Assembly (NCBI GenBank): GCA_963706685.1
Contig: CAVPMY010000012.1
Location: forward strand, 48,564-112,563
Direction of reading: 5' to 3'
DNA: 64,000 nt
Origin: an uncultured beta proteobacterium
GTDB taxonomy: Bacteria > Pseudomonadota > Gammaproteobacteria > Burkholderiales > Burkholderiaceae_C
The notes below the pieces were generated by a model. It made no database searches and was not told the origin of the DNA. It was given only the letters and a program-made list of their open reading frames with translations. Position numbers and translations under genes: made by a program. Positions 56,859 to 64,000 of the stretch are shown here, piece after piece; positions within the stretch are counted from its first letter, which is position 1, and each line of letters opens with the position of its first letter.

Positions 56859-57101
56859 TGGATGCTTGAATATATCGGGCCGCCCTGCGGCGTCGGCAGG
56901 GCCGGCTTCGCAGATGCTTCGCCAACCTTGACCTTTCGACGGTCATCGCAGGTCGAAGTCAACAGGTCTGCGCTGCCACTCGCTGGCGGCCCCGATGCAA
57001 CTCCCTTGCCCCGGCGAGATGTTGCGCGTTCCGGCGGCCACCGCGCCGACGCTACCTGCGAGGTAATCGACAGCATGAACGGCGCGCGTCACAGTACCCC
57101 C

Positions 57102-57336
57102 ATGGCGCACATAGCAAATTCTCCCGCTGGCCGTCGCGCTCGTGATCGGCATCCCCGCGTGTGGATCGTGCATCGGCATCGGCCTGGCGTCGATGAAGCT
57201 TCTCGAAGGCGTGGCGCGCCAGCCCTTGCTCGCGAGCGAGCTGCAGATCAAGTACTTCCTGGCCGTGGGCGTCACTGACGGCGCCTTCATCATCGCCACC
57301 GGCATCGGCCTGTGGTTTGCTACGGCCAACCCGTTC
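57102..57336 (+). pseudogene. F-type ATPase c-subunit-like gene, left copy; N-terminal frameshift, cut off at the GC switch
   Basis: ATG 57102 (MAHIANS...) is out of frame with IGIPACGSCIGIGLASMKLLEGVARQPLLASELQIKYFLAVGVTDGAFIIATGIGLWFATANPF (frame of ORF 57142..57468). c-subunit hallmarks LEGxARQP loop and helix-2 Asp. Confidence 0.7.
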
Positions 57337-58299
57337 CCGAAAGAAAAGGATTATCTGACCAGTGCCTCACCCTTTGCTCAAAAAGGTGCACCAGTACAAG
57401 CACCTATTGGATTTTCTTATGATCCAAACCCAATCGGAAATCTATGGCCTCTAATCCACTCGCAGTAGACAAAACTCTTATTATCGGAGGCAGACGCGCG
57501 GCAATTACAGCTCCCTCAGATATTTGTTTTGGTTGGAAAACATAGACCCCGAGCTCAACTGGAATAGATATAGAGGAACTACGTAAAAGCAGTACGCTTA
57601 CAAGAATGGCTCGAAAAAAATGCAAGAGCAGGATCACGTCAACGTGTCAATCGAAGCACACTTCGCCGAACGAGTACCGGATTATACAGCTCAACGCCCC
57701 GTTTATCTTGGTGGCGGAAAAGTCCCTGTACAAATTTCGGAAGTATTACAAACATCTACTTCCGGGATACGCAAAATGTTCTCAGTCTCTGTAACTCCTC
57801 AAGGAAATATGAGGACACGGGATTGCTGTAGCTAAACACCAATCGGTTCAAAATCGCTTTACCGACATGGATGGGTAATCGTATTATGTCCGTTACTGCA
57901 GCACCTTGAACGTTGTTGGACACGCCTCGATAAATTCGATTATATGTGGCCGGAATTCGCTCAACTTGAGAACAGGAAGTTCTTAACAAAGAAGCCTACT
58001 TCGATTGGAGTAACCTTGAAAAAGATGATGATACCTTCGGTTATCAATCTCGCTATGCCGACCTAAAATATCGGAACTCACAAGTCTGGAAACTTCAAAG
58101 ACACATTAGCCTACTGGCAATTCCCGCTAAGGAATATCGCCTCTGCGCCTGCACTAAACTCTGACTTTGTTACATCAAATCCGCGAGAGGATATATTCGC
58201 GGTTATCGACGAGGACGTCGACAACCTTTGATGTTCAATATTTTCAACAATGTCAAAGCTATTCGCAAGATGCCTTATCACAACGTGCCTACTCTTTAG
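57337..58299 (+). pseudogene. Microviridae major capsid protein VP1/F, C-terminal ~55%, left copy, many frame breaks
   Basis: KDYLTSASPFAQKGAPVQAPIGF; IEAHFAERVPDYTAQRPVYLGGGKVPVQISEVLQTS; VTPQGNM; DDTFGYQSRYADLKYRNSQV; ends NVPTL-TAG at 58297-99. About 40% G+C. Confidence 0.75.
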
Positions 58300-58484
58300 A
58301 CCTGCGCAACTTACACAGCATCCTTTTACACTAAACACAATTTCTCTGTTGCCTCACGGTCACAGGGCAGGAGTGTTTTTACACGACGCACACCCGGGAG
58401 ATCCGTGCGGATGCCTCGCCAGAAATAAATGGAGCTACAGCACCATGTTATTTTGGTGAAGCTATAACTACAAAAAACAACACA

Positions 58485-58968
58485 ATGGAAAATCAATATC
58501 GCAAATGTCGCCTTATGTTCGGCCACTAACTGATGAGATGCTCGAAACACAACACACAGCCTCCTTACAATACGTAATGGGAGAGGCTTATTCTATTCAG
58601 GAACTCATCGACAAATAGTCCCATTGATATGTCAAAATCAAACAGGGTTACACTATGCAGATGATGCCGGATTATGATACGTTCGTTCCAGACCCGGACT
58701 TCGATCTACAGATGCTGAAAACTTGGCTAAAAATTCAGCAGAAACAATCGCGGAAGCCAAGCTCAAAATGGACGAGTCCTCCAAGAAAAGAAAGAAGCAT
58801 TCTGGGGACACGGAAGCGAGTAAACCAAAGTGAAAGTAACCTCAGAAAAAGCTTAACTCTTACCGAGTACGAAAATCCAAAAAACGAGCTTAAAACGCCC
58901 AATGATTAAAAGCCTCACACTTATTGACAGGATCGACAAAAAAAGAACGTATCTTTCACTCAAAATAA
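58485..58968 (+). pseudogene. small phage protein (possible internal scaffolding protein), left copy, frame-broken
   Basis: MENQYRK..., DYDTFVPDPDFDL, Lys/Glu/Ser-rich tail. Better preserved in the right arm. Confidence 0.4.
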
Positions 58969-58975
58969 ACTAAAA

Positions 58976-59677
58976 TATGCCTCGGAATCTGGTGGACAAA
59001 TAGCCCTACAAGGTGGCGTAGATATCGCCTCAGGAGTACTCGGAAAAACTCGTTCAAAAAAAACGCAACATTAGATTACAGAAAGAAGCCAACTTAGAAC
59101 TTGCAAATTATGCATACGATAAAGACCTTTCTAATGTGGGGATCTTCAGAACCTTTATAATTCTCCGCAAGCAGACCCGCTTTAAACAAGCAGGTCTAAA
59201 TCCTAACTTAATATACGGACAAGGAAATGCTGGAAATGCATCCTCTTGTCCCCAAGAATGGACAGGTGCAACAATCACTACATACGACACGAGTACCAAA
59301 ACTAAACATACTTGGAAACGCAAACAATCAGTGACAAGTGGAAGCTGGATTGCAAAAAAACCGAAGCTGAAACAGACAGGATCAAAGCAACTGATACTAC
59401 AGTCGGTATCTATAGATGAGCAAATAAATATGTGGAACTTAACAATGCTCGCCTTGCCTTTTGGCAAACTGGCGGAAAACCAATGTGTCGTAGGTATGGC
59501 AAAACCTTGCTGTTAACCCGTATAACTATGACTATTGCAACTCGATGTTAATGCAGCGCAAGTTGGATTCACAACTAATTATCAACAACCTAACAGCAAA
59601 AAAACAAATGTTGTTAGATGCAAACATCGAGAATGCATGGCAAAACCTAAAAATGAACCAACGGAAATATGCATGCA
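58976..59677 (+). pseudogene. Microviridae minor capsid/pilot protein VP2, N-terminal part, left copy, frame-broken
   Basis: ELANYAYDKDLS..., RFKQAGLNPNLIYGQGNAGNAS, KLDSQLIINNLTAKKQMLLDANIENAWQNLKMNQ. Confidence 0.65.
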
Positions 59678-59777
59678 CAATTCCCATCAACAAGGATGTA
59701 GCTTTTCCGATTCCGACTGCTCCGAGTGCTGTCTTTGCGGCTGTATTGACCATACCGAATCCTTGTTGATAGGGATA
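59678..59777. other. unique ~100-nt centre (loop) of the inverted repeat
   Basis: Arms end at ...gaaatatgcatg (59677) and resume at catgcatatttc (59778). On the minus strand the loop continues the VP2 frame (WYPYQQGFGMVNTAAKTALGAVGIGKATSLLMGI). Confidence 0.8.
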
Positions 59778-60480
59778 CCATGCATATTTCTGTTGGTTCA
59801 TTTTTAGGTTTTGCCATGCATTCTCGATGTTTGCATCTAACAACATTTGTTTTTTTGCTGTTAGGTTGTTGATAATTAGTTGTGAATCCAACTTGCGCTG
59901 CATTGACGTTCCGAGATTGCGATAGTCATAGTTATACGGGTTTAGCACAGTTTTGCCATACCTACGAGACATTGGTTTTCCGCCAGTTTGCCAAAAGGCA
60001 AGGCGAGCATTGTTAAGTTCCACATCTATTGCTGTAGAGAGCATACTGACTGCTGAAGAGCAATCCAGTTCTTTCAATCCTGTCTGTTTCAGCTTCGGTT
60101 TTTTCGAATCCAGCTTCCACTTGTCGCTGATTGTTATACATTCCGAGTATGTTTAGTTTTGGTACTCGTGTCGTATGTAGTGATTGTTGCACCTGTCCCA
60201 TTCTTGGGGACGAGGATGCATTTCCAGCATTTCCTTGTCCGTATATTAAGTTAGGATTTAGACCTGCTTGTTTAAAGCGGGTCATTTGTGCTTGCGGAAC
60301 AAATGGCGATAAAGGTTCTGAAGATGCCACATAGAAAGGTCTTTATCGTATGCATAATTTGCAAGTTCTAAGTTGGCTTCTTTGTAATCTAAATGATCGT
60401 TTGGAACAAATTCTCCGACTACTCCTGAGGATATCTACGCCACCTTGTAGGGCTATTTGTCCACCGGGTCCGAGAGGCAT
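59678..60480 (-). pseudogene. Microviridae VP2 pilot protein, right copy plus loop; truncated at the fold-back point
   Basis: ATG 60480. ...ELANYAYDKDLSMW, SPFVPQAQMTRFKQAGLNPNLIYGQGNAGNASS, ...MQRKLDSQLIINNLTAKKQMLLDANIENAWQNLKMNQQKYAWYPYQQGFGMVNTAAK. A few frame breaks. Confidence 0.7.
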
Positions 60481-60488
60481 ATTTTAGT

Positions 60489-61020
60489 TTATTTTGAGTG
60501 AAAGATACGTTCTTTTTTTGTTGATCCTGTCAGAAAGTGTAATATACCATCAAGTCGTTGGTATATTACACTATGTGTGAGGCTTTTAATCATTGGGCGT
60601 TTTAGCTCGTTTTTTGGACTTTCGTCCTCAGTTAAGGTTGAGCTTTCTGAGGTTATTTTTGCTTCCGTTTTACTCGCTTCAGTGTCCCCAGAATGCTTCT
60701 TTCTTTTCTTGGAGGACTCGTCCATTTTGAGCTTGGCTTCCGCGATTGTTTCTGCTGAATCTTTAGCCAAGTTTTCAGCATCTGTTAGATCGAAGTCCGG
60801 GTCTGGAACGAACGTATCATAATCCGCATCATCTGCGTAGTAACCCTGTTTGATTTTGACGAGCGTGTCTATTGGGAATCCGTTGTTTGGGGGATGGTTC
60901 GAATAGTTCCTGAATAGAATAAGCCTCTCCCGGTACGGTAAGAGAGGGCTGTGTGTTGTGTTCGAGCATCTCATCAGTTAGTGGCCGAACATAAGGCGAT
61001 TTGCGATATTGATTTTCCAT
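60489..61020 (-). pseudogene. small phage protein (possible scaffolding protein), right copy, 1 frame break
   Basis: MENQYRKSPYVRPLTDEMLEHNTQPSLTVPGEAYSIQELF / ...GFPIDTLVKIKQGYYADDADYDTFVPDPDFDLTDAENLAKDSAETIAEAKLKMDESSKKRKK... Confidence 0.4.
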
Positions 61021-61210
61021 TGTGTTGTTTTTTGTAGTTATAGCTTCTCACTGAAAATAACATGGTGCTGTAGCTCCATTTATTTCTGGCGAGGCATCCG
61101 CACGGATCTCCGGCGTGCGTCGTGTAAAAACACTCCTGCCCTGTGACCGTGAGGCAACAGAGAAAAAGTGTTTAGTGTAAAAGGATGCTGTGTAAGTCAC
61201 TGCGCAGCTG

Positions 61211-62206
61211 CTAAAGAGTAGGCACGTTGTGATAAGGCATCTTGCGAATAGCTTTGACATTGTTGAATACTTGAACATAAAGGTTGTCAACATCCTCGTC
61301 GATAACCGCGAATATATCCTCTCGCGGATTTGATGTAACAAAGTCAGAGTTTAGTGCAGGCGCAGAAAGGCGAAGATCCCTTCTGAAGTGCCAGTAGGCT
61401 AATGTGTCTTTGAAGTTTCCAGAGACTTGTGAGTTCCGATATTTTAGGTCGGCATAGCGAGATTGATAACCGAAGGTATCATCATTGTTTTCAAGGTTAC
61501 TCCAAATCGAAGTAGGCTTCTTTGTTAAGAACTTCCTGTTCTCCAAGTTGAGCGAATTCTGGCCACATGTTCGAACGGATCGAGGTGTGTCCAACAACGT
61601 TGAAGGTGCTGCTGATATGCAGAGCGTGGGGTAACGGACATAATACCGATTACCCATCCATGTTCGGTAGAAAAGCGAGATTTGAACCGATTGGTGTTTC
61701 CTACAGCAATACCGTGTCCACTCATATTTCCTTGAGGAGTTACAGAGACTGAGAGGTTTCTGTATCCGGAAGTAGATGTTTTCTGTAATACTTCCGAAAT
61801 TTGTACAGGGACTTTTCCGCCACCAAAGATAAACGGGGCGTTGAGCTGTATAATCCGGTACTCGTTCGGCGAAGTGTGCTTCAATAAATACTCACGTAAA
61901 ACGTGATCCTGCTCTTGCATTTTTTTGAGCCATTCTTGTAAGCGTACTGCTTTACGTAGTTCCTCTATATCTATTCCAGTTGACTCGGGGTCTATGTTTT
62001 CCAGTACGTAAAGCTGAACCTGAGGGAGCTGTAATTGCCGCGCCGTCTGCTCCGATAATAAGAGTTTTGTCTACTGCGAGTGGATTGCCGAGGCCATCAG
62101 TTCCGATTGGGTTTGGATCATAAAGAAATCCAATAGGTGCTTGTACTGGTGCACCTTTTTGAGCAAAGGGTAAGGCACTGGTCAGATAATCCTTTTCCCA
62201 GTTTCG
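61211..62206 (-). pseudogene. Microviridae major capsid protein VP1/F, C-terminal part, right copy, several frame breaks
   Basis: NWEKDYLTSALPFAQKGAPVQAPIGF; TPQGNMSGHGIAVGNTNRF..EHGWVIGIMSVTPRSAYQQ; NDDTFGYQSRYADLKYRNSQVSGNFKDTLAYWHF...NPREDIFAVIDEDVDNLYVQVFNNVKAIRKMPYHNVPTL. Confidence 0.8.
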
Positions 62207-62441
62207 GGAACGGGTTGGCCGTAGCAAACCACAGGCCGATGCCGGTGGCGATGATGAAGGCGCCGTCAGTGACGCCCACGGCCAGGAAGTACTCGATCTG
62301 CAGCTCGCTCGCGAGCAAGGGCTGGCGCGCCACGCCTTCGAGAAGCTTCATCGACGCCAGGCCGATGCCGATGCACGATCCACACGCGGGGATGCCTATT
62401 ATGAGCGCGACGGCCAGCGGGAGAATGTCTATGTGCGCCAT
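62207..62441 (-). CDS. F-type ATPase c-subunit-like gene, right copy; intact frame but fused to phage DNA at its last codons
   Basis: MAHIDILPLAVALIIGIPACGSCIGIGLASMKLLEGVARQPLLASELQIEYFLAVGVTDGAFIIATGIGLWFATANPF, then reads into VP1-derived sequence. Contains ATA ATA codons, unusual for this GC content. Confidence 0.6.
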
Positions 62442-62833
62442 GGGGGTACCGCGACGCGCGCCGTTCATGCTGTCGATTACCTCGCAGGTAGCGTCGGCGC
62501 GGTGGCCGCCGGAGCGGCGACACATCTCGCCGGGGCGGAAACTGCATCGGGGGCCGCCAGCGAGTGGCAGCGCAGACCTGTCGACTTCGACCTGCGATGA
62601 CCGTCGAAAGGTCAAGGTTGGTGAAGCATCTGCGAAGCCGGCCCTGCCGACGCCGCAGGGCGGCCCGATATATTCAAGCATCCAGGTCAACGCGTTGACC
62701 TTCTTTTTTGCCCAGGAGGCGCCCTTGTTCAAAGACAAGTACCGCAAGCTGATGGTCGAGCCGAGCGCCGCGTTTGAACCGCGATCACGCTGGCATGCGT
62801 TCCAGGCGGCGTGCCGAAGGACAGCCAACCCTC

Positions 62834-64000
62834 ATGCATGCCGCCACCCTGCTGCTGATCGTGCTGGCCGCCGGGCTGGCCAGCCAGTGGCTGGCCTGGC
62901 GGATCCGGCTGCCGGCGATCGTCGTGCTGATCGCCGCCGGCCTGGTGCTCGGGCCGGTGCACCGGCGTCATCGAGCTGAGCTGTCGCAGGACCGAACTGA
63001 CCGAGCTGATCGGCCTGGGCGTGGCGATCATCCTGTTCGAAGGCGGCATGGACCTGAAGCTGGGCGAGTTCCGCCGCGTCGGCCACGGCATCGGCCGGCT
63101 GACCATCGTCGGCCCGCCGCTGGCCTGGCTGTTCGGCAGCCTGGCGGCGCACTACGTCGCCGGCCTGAGCTGGCCGGTGGCCGTCGGTGCTCGGCGCGAT
63201 CCTGGTCGTCACCGGCCCGACCGTGATCCTGCCGCTGCTGCGCCAGGCGCGGCTGAACAAGGAATCGGCCTCGCTGCTGAAGTGGGAAGGCATCGTCAAC
63301 GACCCGGTCGGCGTGCTGCTGGCGGTGCTGACCTTCCAGTACCTGACGATCGGCGGCGGGCTGGCGCGACACCGCTGATGCGGCGCTGGGCGCGGCGATC
63401 GCCGCCGCCGCCGTGCTCGGCGGGCTCGGCGGCTGGGTCACCGGCTGGCTGTACCGGCGCGGCGCGCGTGCCCGAGCACCTGAAGGCGCCGATCCTGATG
63501 GTGCTGGTGCTGGTGGTCTACTGGGCCAGCAACCTGGTGCAGCACGAGGCCGGCCTGCTCAGCGTCACGCTGATGGGCGCTGGTGATCGGCAACATGAAG
63601 CTGGTCGAACTGCGAGTCGCTGCAGCGCTTCAAGGAGAACCTGACGGTGGTGCTGCTGTCGGTGCTGTTCATCGTCATCCCGTCGCAGCTGCAGGCCAGC
63701 CAGCTCGACGCTGCTGGACTGGCGCGTGCTGCTGTTCGTGCTGCGCGATCCTGTTCGTCGTGCGGCCGCTGACGATCGGCGCTGGCGACGATCGGCGCGC
63801 CGATGCGCAGCGAGGACAAGCTGCTGCTCGGCTGGATCGCGCCGCGCGGCATCGTCGCCGCGGCCACCGCCGGCATCTTCGGGCCGGCGCTGGTGGCCGC
63901 CGGCTACCCCGACGCCGACACTGCTGCTGCCGGTGACCTTCGCGGTCATCATCGCCACCGTGCTGGCGCACGGCCTGAGCATCGGCCGCGCTCGCGCGCC
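62834..64000 (+). pseudogene. diverged, heavily frame-broken inverted copy of the CPA1 antiporter (5' ~1.2 kb; continues beyond the window)
   Basis: MHAATLLLIVLAAGLASQWLAWRIRLPAIVVLIAAGLVLGPV / AIILFEGGMDLKLGEFRRVGHGIGRLTIVGPPLAWLFGSLAAHY / ILVVTGPTVILPLLRQARLNKESASLLKWEGIVNDPVGVLLAVLTFQYLTI... scattered over all three frames. Confidence 0.8.

Larger units (their letters stand above)
55555..59677. repeat. left arm of a large imperfect inverted repeat (host antiporter 5' part, intergenic, c-subunit gene, phage fragment)
   Basis: Reverse complement reappears at 59778-64000. Landmarks pair up as 56708/62834 (antiporter ATG), 56843-58/62685-700 (palindrome), 57336/62206 (GC switch). Confidence 0.9.
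59778..64000. repeat. right arm of the large imperfect inverted repeat; reaches the window end
   Basis: Reverse complement of about 55555-59677, with substitutions, indels and short scrambled blocks. About 100 nt longer than the left arm. Confidence 0.9.

Noticed and set aside
56765-57076. 103-aa ORF (-) in the antiporter/c-subunit spacer, and its mirror within 62137..62979(+)
   Set aside because: There is no recognisable family, RBS or hydrophobic pattern. The two mirror copies differ by frame-changing indels inside it, so it is probably non-coding.
57300-57345. Transposase, integrase or IS ends at the GC-switch junctions (also at 62,195-62,245)
   Set aside because: No terminal inverted repeats, direct target duplications or recombinase ORFs were visible at either junction. 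The switch is abrupt and falls mid-codon.
57337-62206. An intact, integrated Microviridae prophage
   Set aside because: - Only a partial structural module is present, and in duplicate inverted form.
- VP1 and VP2 are truncated, and all phage ORFs are frame-broken.
- No Rep/VP4 gene, no att/dif-like repeats and no target duplication are present.
- GC content is about 30 points below the host.
55555-64000. Diversity-generating retroelement (template/variable repeat pair) as an explanation for the two non-identical arms
   Set aside because: Differences between arms involve all four bases plus indels and scrambled blocks, not adenine-specific substitutions. The repeats are kilobases long, and no reverse transcriptase is present.

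Overview
High-GC (by eye about 68-70% G+C) betaproteobacterial, Burkholderiales-like chromosomal segment. The first ~57 kb holds ordinary metabolic and transport genes; the right end is highly anomalous.

Gene content, left to right:
- partial aldehyde dehydrogenase and two small hydrolases
- a PotABCD-like ABC importer on the minus strand, with the binding protein and both permeases frame-broken
- a Pro-Ala-repeat FN3 lipoprotein
- a malonate module: malonyl-CoA decarboxylase, crotonase, malonyl-CoA synthetase
- a large uronate/aldarate island: GudX-like, HpcH aldolase, GarD, Bug binding protein, GudD, GntR regulator, uronate dehydrogenase, TRAP DctPQM, lactonase
- an arsR-arsI-arsC-aquaglyceroporin cluster
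- pyrC (frame-broken), a NYN/OST-HTH protein, htpX and RNase P RNA
- a PQQ-type dehydrogenase/CxxCH fusion lipoprotein, a Bcr/CflA MFS pump, glk, a 3-hydroxybutyrate-oligomer hydrolase, a GH32 enzyme and glgP-glgX-malQ
- an RND tripartite pump, a MacAB-like exporter and a CPA1 Na+/H+ antiporter

The anomaly: at about 57,336, inside an ATP-synthase c-subunit-like gene, the sequence switches to ~40% G+C DNA. This DNA encodes a frame-shifted Microviridae structural module: the C-terminal part of VP1, a small scaffold-like ORF and the N-terminal part of VP2. At 59,678-59,777 the sequence folds back. Everything to the left (phage fragment, c-subunit gene, intergenic region, antiporter) then reappears in imperfect reverse complement up to the window end.

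I saw no integrase, Rep/VP4, transposase, tRNA, rRNA or CRISPR array.

The mirror/phage region is the most unusual thing in the window. An artefact (fold-back chimera, contaminant, or non-natural sequence) is at least as likely as biology.

Separately, about 20 reading-frame breaks in conserved genes are clustered in a few operons. A possible ~80-nt GC-rich repeat occurs once in-frame inside matB and once as the whole glgX-malQ spacer.

All coordinates of frame breaks, and all identity and GC statements, are hand estimates.
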